From positions 96,410,001 through 96,474,000 of the forward strand of contig NC_043003.1 of assembly GCF_006345805.1 (NCBI RefSeq): a stretch of 64,000 bases of DNA. The letters run 5' to 3'. Below, one piece after another: positions 1 to 11,927 of this stretch. The DNA comes from Octopus sinensis. Lineage: Eukaryota. The translations under genes were made by a program, and so were the position numbers. Under the pieces are notes generated by a model. The model was given only the letters and a program-made list of their open reading frames with translations. It was not told the DNA's origin and made no database searches. Position 1 is the first letter of the stretch; each line of letters begins with the position of its first letter.

Positions 1-120
1 AACAGTTATTGTTCTTTTACTGTGTTAGGTGTTGTTAAGCAACAAGATGGATAAGGGTGATTAGGTGGTCTAGGGCTTAGGAGCAGGAGACCCCAGACCT
101 TGGAAAAAAAAGAACTTTGG

Positions 121-255
121 TCATCTTGTTGTAGTCGAGGGCTCTTCATTGACACCCGGCACCACTGGGAGGTGGCCCTCGAAGTCGCTGGAAATGGAAA
201 TCTCCAGGTCCAAATTCTTGGATGGCTGTGTTAGGTGTTGGGAGAATTGGGTAAC
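121..255 (-). CDS. Candidate terminal coding exon of the orphan gene (VTQFSQHL...STTTR*)
   Basis: Acceptor ttttactag|GTT at 257-256; GC-richer than flanks; phase-0 frame open for 44 codons to TGA at 123-121, matching the phase-0 donor at 6054. A phase-1 frame is also open (to 146), so the frame is ambiguous. Confidence 0.3.
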   Translation of the reverse strand, partial: VTQFSQHLTQPSKNLDLEISISSDFEGHLPVVPGVNEEPSTTTR

Positions 256-1029
256 CTAGTAAAATGTTTGATCTGAATGACATTTGAGGTTGTAAAATTC
301 GCTTATGTGCTTTTTTGTGTATGGGACAGGGAGTTTGAGCATGGAATGGAAGGGACTGTGTATGTAACAGTATGCTATAGCAATACACTCTGCTCCCTGC
401 ACACACAGAAAGGCCATCATTTTATCACATGTGTTATTTTATGTTGTGATTTGCTGCACAAAAGATTGAAAATTCAAACAGGACCGATTCTGTAATATAT
501 AGTTTGCACTTTCAAGATTTTATATCAGAGTATTTACCAAATGTGCTGCTTCAAAGTGTTCCAGGTATGTTTGTGTGCATTACTTTGCTTTCTTTATGAG
601 TAAGTAAGTTCTCCGGATAGTACTGTCCTAGAGTTCTTGGACTCATAGACTGTCCCCATGGTGTACAAGTGATAAAGATCACAATAACCCCACCACCAAA
701 CAGGATGCCAGTCCATTGAAGGGTTATTCATTTACAGCTGAGTATTCAACTTTTCCAAAGATTCTGAAAATTATGTCACATGTGCCGCGGTGTATTGTGT
801 AATTTTCCTTGTGCACTAAATATCAAATCAATACCACCATATGAGTTATTCTGATTTATAAAACAAATTGGTATATAAATATACTGACAAGATAGCGTGT
901 GTGTGGTTCCAACTGTATGAAATTTGTATGAAACCAAACTAAATCTAAATTGCAGTTCTTCACTTGTATATTTTCTATAGAATTTTAACCCAAAACTTTT
1001 ATATATATATCAATGGGAATTGTAGCTGT

Positions 1030-1344
1030 GATACTAGTGCCGGTGGCATATAAGAGAACCATCCGAATGTGGCTGTTGCCCTGACTGGCCTCCGTGCTGG
1101 TGGCACGTAAAAAGCAACATCCAATCGTGGCCGTTTGCCAGCCTCGTCTGGCACTTGTGCCAGTGGCACGTAAAAAGCACCCACTACACTCACGGAGTGG
1201 TTGGCGTTAGGAAGGGCATCCAGCTGTAGAAACACTGCCAGATCAGACTGGGCCTGGTGCAGCCTACTGGCTTCCCAGACCCCAGTTGAACCGTCCAACC
1301 CATGCTAGCATGGAAAATGGACGTTAAACGATGATGATGATGAT

Positions 1345-1347
<3 letters not shown>
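1030..1347 (+). mobile_element. RTE-LINE 3'UTR-derived dispersed repeat (representative copy)
   Basis: ~55-bp GTGGCACGTAAAAAGCAC units, then body GGTTGGCGTTAGGAAGGGCATCCAGCTGTAGAAAC, then (GAT)n tail. Other copies at about 4745-5100(+), 8500-8670(+), 9760-9950(-), 18865-19020(+), 20440-20778(+), 26010-26197(+), 28950-29180(+), 31985-32100(-), 34280-34505(+), 35040-35293(+), 41565-41715(+), 43990-44265(-), 45170-45420(+), 49757-49885(-), 51780-52047(+), 52105-52500(-). Confidence 0.8.
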
Positions 1348-1379
<32 letters not shown>

Positions 1380-2566
1380 ATACATACATATGTATATGTG
1401 TGTGTGTGTGCATATGTTTATGTTTATGTTTATTCCCCTACCATCCCTTGACAACTGATGTTGGCATGTTTATGTCCTTGTAACTTAGCGGTTTGGCAAA
1501 AGAGACTGATAGAATAAGTACTAGGCTTACAAGGAATAAGTCTTGGGGGTGATTTGTTTGACTAAAGACAGCGCTGCAGCATGTTCACAATCAAATGACT
1601 GAAACAAACAAAAGAATAAGAGTGGCTGTGTGGTAAGCACCTTGGACAAGTGTTTTCTACTATAGACTCGCACTGATCAAAACCTTGTGAGTGGATTTGG
1701 TAGATGGAAATTGAAAAGAAGCCCGTCATATATATATGTGTGTGTACATGTTTGTGTGTCTGTTTGTCCCCACCAACATCTCATGACAACCAATGCTGGT
1801 GTGTTTACGTCCCCATAACTTAGTGGTTCAGCAAAAGAGACCAATAGAATAAGTACTGGGCTTACTAAGAATAAGTCCTGGGGTCGTTTTGCTTGACTAA
1901 AGGCGGTGCTCCAGCATGGCCGCAGTCAAATGACTGAAACAAGTAAAAGAATAAAGAAAAAATAATAGAATATATAGACATTTATATGAAGAAAAGAAAA
2001 TAGTGATAAATCAATCAATAATTATATTTATTAATTATGAAAATAGACAAAATCTCTGACAGCTATTTTGATTCAAACTTTAAAAATTAATTAAAATAAT
2101 TAAATCATTATAAAGTTGAATCTCATTGGAGGTAGAAAAAAGATATACCATTACATTTTTGTATATATATGTGTTAAGTTTACGGTAAATTCATTGGATA
2201 TTATTATTCCTTAATGAGGCTTATTTAACCTCTAATTGAACTTTTATATACATACACACACACATATATATATATACACATATATATACATACATATATA
2301 TATATACATATATATGTATATAAGCACATATATATATATGTATATATCTGTTTTTTCGTTGTTTGAAAAATGTCCGTTTCCATGTTTTTGTTTTTGTTTT
2401 CATTTCTCATTGTGTTCTACGCTTTTTTGGTGTCTTGTACCCATATGTGCATGTATATATACATATAGATGTAGATATGTACATATATGTATGTATATAT
2501 GCATATGTTTTATTTATTATTTTGTTATTATATGATCGAACACCACACATTCACTTCCAAGTAAGT

Positions 2567-2660
<94 letters not shown>

Positions 2661-2737
2661 GTATACCCATATATATATGCATGCATACATATATAAAAAT
2701 TAAATAATGTGGGTAGAAATGAATATTATTAAATAAA

Positions 2738-3138
2738 CCAGTGGCCTAGTATACTTAAAAATGTCTGAAGATTATAAATTATATTACATATATAAATAAG
2801 AGGAATAGCCACCAAGGTGGATTCTGATATGCTAGAAGAAGACGCCAACTCGCCTTATCACAGAGAATATGCTCTCAAAAATTTTACCAAATGCCAAAAT
2901 GTATGCAAGCAAGACAAAATAAAGCAATTAACTCCATGCCTTAAGATTTCGCTATCAATGATCACTTATGTGATTATCCGTAGCTCTTCAGTGAAGTTGT
3001 TGCAGGATACATAATCTGTGGAACTAGATACAAAACATCCTCACAACAGAGAACATACATAAAGTTCCACCAATTATGTATCAGGATCTCATTTTACAAA
3101 TGTCTTCACACTGGTATGCCAAAACTGGAAAGGATCTG
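2738..3138 (+). repeat. Penelope-like structured repeat, arm 1
   Basis: Homologous by eye to the reverse complement of 3716-4080; its first ~95 bp recur in direct orientation at 3611-3705; family member at 11921-12050. Confidence 0.7.
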
Positions 3139-3223
3139 TGATTAACAAAGTTCTGCAGCAAAACCATCGGCTAGAGAACATGGCTATTTAAAAATTGAAT
3201 AACGAAGGTAGAAATTAATATCA

Positions 3224-3620
3224 CTCTTTTACTTGTTTCAGTCATTTGACTGCAGCTGTGCTGGAGCACCACTTTTAGTCAAGCAAATCGACCCCAGGAC
3301 TTATTCTTTGTAAGCCTAGTACTTATTCTATCGGTCTCTTTTGCTGAACTGCTAAGTTACGGGGGTGTAAACACACCACCATCAGTTGTCAAGCGATGTT
3401 GGGGGGACAAACACAGACACACAAACATATACACACATACATATATATATATATATACATATATACGACGGGCTTCTTTCAGTTTCCGTCTACCAAATCC
3501 ACTCACAAGGCTTTGGTCAGCCCAACGCTATAGTAGAAGACACATGCCTATGGTTCCACACAGTGGGACTGAACCCGGAACCATGTGGTTGGCAAGCAAG
3601 CTACTTACCACACAGTGGCC
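3224..3620 (-). mobile_element. tRNA-derived SINE, family A (representative)
   Basis: Head GGCTGTGTGGTAAG...GGTTCAGTCCCACTG (A/B-box-like) and tail GCATGGCYGCAGTCAAATGACTGAAACAAGTAAAAGA. Further copies or fragments at about 1420-1955(+), 4480-4700(-), 5100-5460(-), 5470-5910(-), 23070-23260(+), 23290-23610(-), 25185-25300(+), 32210-32580(-), 44294-44650(+), 44730-44850(-), 47880-48060(+), 48590-48705(+), 60670-60960. Confidence 0.85.
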
Positions 3621-3715
3621 TAGCATACTTCAAAATGTCTGAAGACTATAAATTATATTACTTATATAAATAAGAGGAATAGCTACTAAGGTGGATTCCT
3701 AATATTCCTAATATG

Positions 3716-4080
3716 CAGATTTCTTTCCGGTTTTGGTGTGTCAGCATGAAGTCATTTGAAAAATGAGATCCTGATACGTAATTGGTGGAGCTTTATGCAT
3801 GTTCTCTGTTGTGAGGATGTTTTGTATCTAGTTCCGCAGATTATGTATCCTGCGACGACTTCGCTAAAGTGCTACAGATGATCACCTTTGTGACCATTCA
3901 TAATGAAATCTTAACGTATGGAGTTAATTGCTTTATTTTGTCTCCTTTTATCTGTCTTGCTCACATACATTCTGGCGTTTGCTAAAATTTGTGAGAACAT
4001 ATTCTTTGTGGTAAGGCGATTTGGTGTCTTCTTCTAACATATTAGGAATCCACATTGGTGGTTATTTCTCTTATGTATAT
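3716..4080 (-). repeat. Penelope-like structured repeat, arm 2 (inverted partner of 2790-3138)
   Basis: Reverse complement reads ...CCACCAATGTGGATTCCTAATATGTTAGAAGAAGAC...GGATACATAATCTGCGGAACTAGATACAAAACATCCTCACAACAGAGAAC..., collinear with arm 1. Confidence 0.75.
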
Positions 4081-4091
4081 ATATATTTATG

Positions 4092-4130
<39 letters not shown>

Positions 4131-4230
4131 AAGGATGACCACTAAGTGGACATCCATCATCAGTAGTGAATTTTCTTGAGAAGAATCTTTTCTTGGTGGT
4201 CCAAGAAAAGATTCTTCTCAAGAAAATTCA

Positions 4231-4304
4231 CCACTGATGAATTGCGGACGTTTACATATGTAAATATGTAAATGGTAACAATGAAACCTGGTATGTGGCT
4301 AATT
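4231..4304 (+). ncRNA. Hammerhead ribozyme-like motif (type I, weak stem I)
   Basis: CTGATGA 4234-4240; stem II ATTG/CAAT with inner TTTACATAT-GTAA-ATATGTAAA hairpin; GAAA 4283-4286; mini stem III AC-CTG-GT; cleavage triplet GTA 4291-4293. Only 2 proximal stem I pairs are clear. Confidence 0.5.
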
Positions 4305-4437
4305 ATATTTTGTATCTTTTCATTTGTCTGGCTCAAGAACACAACATGCAGCCCAGTCCGGGATTCGAACTCACAACCTCGTGCTGTCAAGCAATGGTGG
4401 GCAGGGAGACAAACAGACACAATGACACACACATAAA

Positions 4438-4469
<32 letters not shown>

Positions 4470-5709
4470 TTCTTCTATTCTTCTATTTATTTCAGTCATT
4501 TGACTGCAGCCATGCTGGAGCACCACCTTTAGTTGAATAACTCAACCTCAGTACTTATTCTTTGTAAACCTAGTACTTATTCCATTGGTGTCTTTTGCCG
4601 AACTGCTATGTTACAGGGATGTAAACACACCAGCATCAGTTGTCAAGCGATGTTGGGGCGACAAACACAGATACATAAGCATATACACATACATACATGT
4701 ATACACATATACACACACATATATATACATACATATATATATAGCATGGATAGTGCTTTTTATGTGCCAACAGCATGAGAGCCAGTCATGGGGTATTGGC
4801 ATTGGCCATGTACTGGCATCTGAACATGGCCAATGCCAGTGCTTCCTAACTGGCTCCCATGCTGGTGGCACGTAAAAAGCACTATCTGAACATGATAGAT
4901 GCCAGGCCTGCCTGACTGGCTCCTGTACCTAAAAAGTACTCACTACACTCTTGGAGTGGTTGGTGTTAGGAACAGCATCTACCTGTAGAAACATTGTCAG
5001 ATTGGAGCCTGGTGCAGCCGCTGGTTCTCCAGACCTCAATCAAACTGTCCAACTCATGCCAGCATGGAAAACGGACGCTAAACAACGATGATGATGATGA
5101 TATACGACGGGCTTCTTTCAGTTTCCGTCTACCATAACCACTCACAAGGCTTTGGTCAGCTTCAGGCTATAGTAGAACACATTTCTCCAACATGCAACCA
5201 GTGGGACTGAACCTGGATCCATATGGTTGGTAAGAAAGCTACTTACCACACACCCACTCCTGCACCTATATATATATATATAATATATATATATATTATA
5301 TACGACAGGCTTCTTTCAGTTTCCATCAAACAAATCCACTCTTTAGTCAGCCTCAAGCTATAGTAGAAGATACTTGCCTAAGGTGCCACACAGTGGGACT
5401 GAACCCTGAACCATGTGGTTGGAAAGCAAGCTTCTTACCACACAGCCATACCTGTGCCTATTTATTCATTTACTTTTTCAGTCATTTGACTGCAGCCATG
5501 CTGGAGCACCGCCTTTAGTTGAACAAATCGACCCAAGAACTTATTCTTTGTAAACCTAGTACTTATTCTATCATCTCTTTTGCCGAACCGCTAAGTTACA
5601 TGGACGTAAACACACTAGCATCTGTTGTCATGTGATGGTGCGGGGACAAACACAGACACACAAACATATATATATATAATATATATATATATATGTATAT
5701 ATATATATG

Positions 5710-5752
<43 letters not shown>

Positions 5753-6053
5753 CGTGCTCCTTTCAGTTTCCATCTACAAAATCCATTCACAAGGCTTTGG
5801 TCAGCCCAAGGCTATAGCAGAAGACACTTGCCCAAGGTGCCATGTAGTGGGATTGAACTCAGAACCAAGTGGTTTGGTAAGGAAGCTACTTACCACACAG
5901 CCACTCCTGATATATATATATATATTGCTGAAATATTTGTGATAATTTTGGACCTAGGGTGAGTCATATTTTCCAATGCAACACTATTGATATGGTTCAA
6001 GCATTAAAAAAGGTCCATAAAGCAGAAGAAAATGCCCATAAACTTTAACTTAC

Positions 6054-8172
6054 CTCCAAGCTTGAACTTCTTTTAGAGTATTTGTTTGAATTGGCATTGA
6101 ATTTTAATATTTTCGAAGATGATCCACTGCTACAAACAGTGGCCTCATTTTTGTAGGAGTGATAATCCATGTTTGTGATAACTGTGTGCCCAGAACATGG
6201 CTTTGCTCCGCAATCATCTGATTCTAAATGATTGTTAGTTTTCTTGACATCTGATTCTGAAGAAGTCGCATTTATTTCAGGAACAGCTTTGTCAGGTTTC
6301 TGTGGAAGACAGCGTTTTATTCGAAAAAGATTCTGGTAGTTCTTTAAAGACTTTTTGTTTTTGACAGTTGATGGGAACAGTTTGGATTTTTTTAGAATTA
6401 ATTCATCAGGTAATTTGGAATTGACAACTGTTTTTAGTTTAGGATTTTTACTCTCTGATACATTTTGATTTTTATTTAAATGTGGAATAATCTCTTTGAA
6501 ACTAATGACATTTAAGCCAGAATCCAGCCCTGCTTTGAACTCATCTGTAGCTCTATTTTCTTGTTTAATTTTCATCTCTTCACTCAAAGGGTTCACTCGA
6601 TTTTGTGTGTATCTTCTTACCCTCCTTTGTAATTCAAACAAATTTAACTTCCATTCAAGATCTTTTCTATTTCTTTGATTATATTTTAATGAAATTTGGC
6701 TGAGAATCCTTTGGTTTGGAGCAGTTATGCTCAATTGTTTTTTTAGTGAAAACTGTTTCACAACATTTGCGGTTCTAGAACACCTCTTTGCTTCAGCCTC
6801 ACTACAAAAGGAACTTCGGTTATTCAAATTAACTTCTTTTTGGGTTGATTTTGTCACTAGTGAACTATTTCTATCTATATTAGCTTTCATTTGTCCAGTT
6901 ACTGTAGAAAATGGTCTGACTTTAGAATAAAATGCATTTGAACGATTCAATTCTCTGGTTCTAGATTTAAAATCCATACTTTCACCGCATCCATTGACAC
7001 CTGTAATGCTTTGCCTCAACTGTTCAATAGTGGTGTCTGTATTTTCTTTATTCTCTTTTATTTTACGGTATATCTGATTCAACCAGTTATCTTTTGAAGA
7101 ACTCAGCTTTTGGTTGTTAAGTGATACAACCATTTCATGAAACAAATGTAACTTTGGCTTACCATCTCCAAACTCCTCTGTCTTTGCTGCATAATTTGGC
7201 TTTTTAAAGTGTTTTGGGGGCATTAATAATTTCTTAGTTAAAATAGTTTTAGACTTTCGGTATTTCTCACTTGGAATATAATTAAATGAAGAACTTGACT
7301 GTATTTTATATGATACTAAATTATTAGAAACATTCTGTATTTCTCCAAGAACAGTCTGTTGGGAAAGAATTTGTTGTTTAAGAGATTGGCTTTTATGGCT
7401 AAATGTCTGTGGTGAGTTTGTTTGTTTGTCTTTTATGAAACAACTTTTTGTTGGTGTTGATGTTAAAGAGTTTCTGACAGATAATACATTAGACAAATTA
7501 TCAGTTTTTCTTTTCATTTCATTCAACTCTGAAATTCTTTCAGCTATTGCTTTAGACTGGACAATATGTCTAAGGCCAGGAGATCCTGTCTTAGACCAGT
7601 CATTTTGTTTTTTACAATATGCAGCTTTTAAAATCATATTATTGACTTTAATATCTATATTTTGTAGTTTGACACAAGGTTCTGAACCATTACTAACTGG
7701 TTTATGATGAACCCTTCTTTCTGTACAATGAAGATTATTACTCTTTGGTTTTGGAGACCATATTGGTGTATCTTTAAATTGATCATTACTAATTTTAATT
7801 CTTGGACTAATACAGTTTTGGTTTCTTTTATTGATGGTTTTTGACTGATGAAAATGTTTGCCTTGAGTGAGTTCTGTCAGATCAATATGAAGTGTCTTTG
7901 AAGTTGTTTGAAGTTCTTCAGTTCCTTGATTGTTGATTTGTTCTATGTGTGATTTTTGTTGAGCCAAGTTATCAAATGTTTGAACTAACTCTAATAATTT
8001 GTCCTTACTGAGTTGAAAATTATTATCTGGTTCAAATATTTTGGTTGATTTCCTTGAATTTGAACATCGATGGAAATGGTCTAAATAAAAAGGAAGAGAC
8101 TTGCCTGTTAGAATGTTACCTTGTATATTGCCAGGCAGAACACGATTCCAAGATTCATTCATTTTGGCAGGA
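6054..8172 (-). CDS. Large coding exon of an unidentified K/S/N-rich, probably disordered protein (703 codons from ATG at 8162)
   Basis: 705-aa stop-free frame in very AT-rich DNA; acceptor tatttcag| at 8174-8173; donor GAG|GTAAGT at 6053-6052; no repeat content; no domain recognised. Confidence 0.85.
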
Positions 8173-8759
8173 CTGAAATATCAATAATTAGTATTACAAA
8201 TTGTTATCAAAATATCAATAAGTTTTATATGAAAAATATATAATTTATAAGTTCATATTTACTATTATATAAGCAATGGATCTGTCTAAGTAAGCAAAAA
8301 TTTTCGTTTCATACTTTAATTTAAATTTCTGTCACCCACTATTATGCTTCTTTTAGACTAGAAAAGGTATTGTATCATCATTCTCTCTCCGCTTCTCTTG
8401 TATCCATGCTTTCTAATCTTTCTTTATAATAGTCCCACTCACTTGAAGGGGATCTTAGACTTGTGAGCTACATTTTGACCTCACAAGAGCCAATACCCTG
8501 AAAAAACCCCACTCAACATGATTAAGTGATTGGCGTTAGGAAGGCCATCGGCCACAGTAACCATGGCAAAGCTTGGTTTCTGTGGATCAGATACTGTCAG
8601 ACCACTTAACCTATTCGAACATGGAGAACGGATGTTAAATGTGATGATGACGATGATGATGATGATGATGGAGGAGGAGGAGGATTAACCATTAGTATGT
8701 TGAATAGCAAGTATTTCTTCAGACTCACTGACTCTTGTCGTGTTCATCTATGTCAATAA

Positions 8760-9430
<671 letters not shown>

Positions 9431-10167
9431 ATAATAATAAGACCTACCAGTCCAAGAGATTGAAATTATGGAATTGTAAGAACATCAGATCAGATACTTT
9501 ACAACATTTATTTCAGTTCTTTGTGTTCCAAGTTCTAATTCCACCATGATCTACATGGGTGGCAGACTCTTTCTTTTGTCCAGTTTACAAGTCTACATGG
9601 CACCTTGACAACTTTTTGTAGAGTTCACTCAATTGCAAGCATTTGGGCAGGTCTCCAGTTGGAGAACACCTTATTACCTTCCTGCCTTCATTCCACCAGT
9701 CTTGGAGGTTATCAGCACAGCTTTTCCTCCTGACTAAAAGAGCAATATGTATATCACCATCATCATCAACATTTAATGTCTGCTTTCCATGCTGGCATAA
9801 ATTTGATGACTTGACAGGAACTGGCAAGGCCAGGAGCTGCAACAGGTTCCAAAGTCTGTTTTGGTTTGGTTTTTATAGCTGGATGCCCGTCCTAACACCA
9901 ACCACTTTACAGAGTGTAGTGAGTGCTTTATACATGGCACCATCACCAGTGGTCCATATTGGTTTCATATTTTAGTACAAGGACAGCAATTTCAGGAGAG
10001 GACGTAAATTGATTGTTCTGACCCCCAGTACTCAACTGGTACTTATTTTATCAAGTGTGAGGAAATGAAAGTCTACCTTCACAGCATTTGAACTCAGAAT
10101 GTAAAGATGGACAAAATGTCACTAAGCATTTTTCCCAGTATGCTAATGGTTCTGCCAGCTCACTTCT

Positions 10168-10212
<45 letters not shown>

Positions 10213-10216
<4 letters not shown>

Positions 10217-10490
10217 TAGTTATCGCCATACTAATATGGCATTCTTAAAAATAAGAATAAAGCTGTCGCTGATTAACTCCATGAAGCCATCGCCTCAAGC
10301 TAGCTACTTGACACACAAACTGCGTCCGTTATTAAACCTTCGAACAGGGGAGGTCAGCCGCTTCATGGAGCTAATCAGCGACAGCTTTATTCTTAATTTT
10401 AAGAATGCCATATTAGTATGGCGATAACTATTAATTTCCAGAAACGCTGTCGTAATCTCTTTTAAAGAGACTTAGTAATTTTAATATTTC

Positions 10491-10560
<70 letters not shown>

Positions 10561-10627
10561 TAGTAAAAAGTGAAAAAACTATATATTCAACCACGTGCTT
10601 TCACACACCAACTTTCTCACTTATATA

Positions 10628-10675
<48 letters not shown>

Positions 10676-10962
10676 ATATATATATTAATAGTTATCGCCA
10701 TACTAATATGGCATTCTTAAAAATAAGAATAAAGCTGTCGCTGATTAACTCCATGAAGCCATCGCCTCAAGCTAGCTACTTGACACACAAACTGCGTCCG
10801 TTATTAAACCTTCGAACAGGGGAGGTCAGCCGCTTCATGGAGCTAATCAGCGACAGCTTTATTCTTAATTTTAAGAATGCCATATTAGTATGGCGATAAC
10901 TATTAATTTCCAGAAACGCTGTCGTAATCTCTTTTAAAGAGACTTAGTAATTTTAATATTTC

Positions 10963-11034
<72 letters not shown>

Positions 11035-11110
11035 TAGTAAAAAGTGAAAAAACTATATATTCAACCACGTGCTTTCACACACCAACTTTCTCACTTATAT
11101 ATATATGTAT
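10213..11110. repeat. Direct tandem duplication (period ~472 bp) of a foldback unit bounded by (TA)n and (GA)n
   Basis: Unit start TTAATAGTTATCGCC at 10213 and 10685; unique parts appear identical; each unit has 75-bp inverted arms (10213-10287 and 10360-10434). Confidence 0.95.
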
Positions 11111-11149
<39 letters not shown>

Positions 11150-11160
<11 letters not shown>

Positions 11161-11701
11161 AAATCTGTTTTGTCTGTCTGTGTGTGTCTTCTAGGATCTT
11201 GGGCATTCTCCATCTGATTGTGCTCAAATTTGATATGTAGATACTGATGGTATCCAGGCATGAATAAGTCTTGAGAAAATTACAAAAATCAATTCCAGGT
11301 GAGAATGTGATCTATAAAGCTGTTTTTGTCTTGCTTTTCTTCCGTCAACCTGTACATAACTGCACCTTCCATTTTTGTTGTTTTTGTACTGTTTAAAGGC
11401 ATGTTTCTTTCCTGCCAAGCTTACTATTTAAATCATGTTTGTGTTCTCCCAGTCAACAGCCTTATCATTACTGGTACTTTAAACTCTTCGGTTGCATATT
11501 TGTGTGAATAAAATCGTTTTTCTTTGGAATAGAAAAAATGTCTACCTTTATTTCTTCTTTTGCTGGTATCTCAAATTTAGGTTAAATCAGTGTTTTTCAA
11601 AGGGGAGACCTCTGGGACGGTCGGACAAGTTGTTTTGAGAAAATTTAGTATAAATGTTTGACAACTCAGCACCGTCCAATGGACAGGGGGCATTTTGCTC
11701 G
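11150..11701 (+). mobile_element. Non-autonomous Helitron-like element (degenerate ends)
   Basis: 5' ...TATATAAAATCTGTTTTGTCTGTC; 3' hairpin CCGTCC-AAT-GGACAGG followed ~10 nt later by CTCG|T (CTAG variant). Confidence 0.5.
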
Positions 11702-11709
11702 TATATATA

Positions 11710-11742
<33 letters not shown>

Positions 11743-11771
11743 CTTTATTTAAAGCAGCAGAAAATTCAACA

Positions 11772-11816
11772 AAATCTGTTACTCTGAGTTTCTCGTTGCC
11801 GTTCATCAGACAGTTT
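11772..11816 (-). ncRNA. Minimal type I hammerhead ribozyme of Penelope-like type
   Basis: Minus strand AAACTGT CTGATGA A CG GCAA CG A GAAA CTCAGAG TA ACAG A TTT. Stem I CTGT/ACAG plus AAA/TTT; stem II with GCAA tetraloop (one A-A mismatch); palindromic stem III ACTC-A-GAGT; GUA triplet. Confidence 0.7.
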
Positions 11817-11876
11817 TTGCTAAAATGGAACCGATATATCAATTCAATCTAGACTCTTACAAACGCTACACCTTTA

Positions 11877-11920
<44 letters not shown>

Positions 11921-11927
<7 letters not shown>

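Noticed and set aside
529-564. Plus-strand 36-nt exon-like segment (ag|...CCAG|gtatgt); similar one at about 27876-27905
   Set aside because: Isolated, short and without partners or homology; expected by chance in 64 kb.
2221-2707. Many short YI/HT/CV-rich ORFs here and at 13.7, 49.2, 50.4, 56.7 and 62.3 kb
   Set aside because: Produced by (TA)n, (CA)n, (CATA)n and (TATC)n repeats.
2830-3110. GIY-YIG endonuclease remnant in the inverted arms
   Set aside because: Only vague resemblance (AINDHL); no diagnostic motif, so Penelope assignment rests on structure only.
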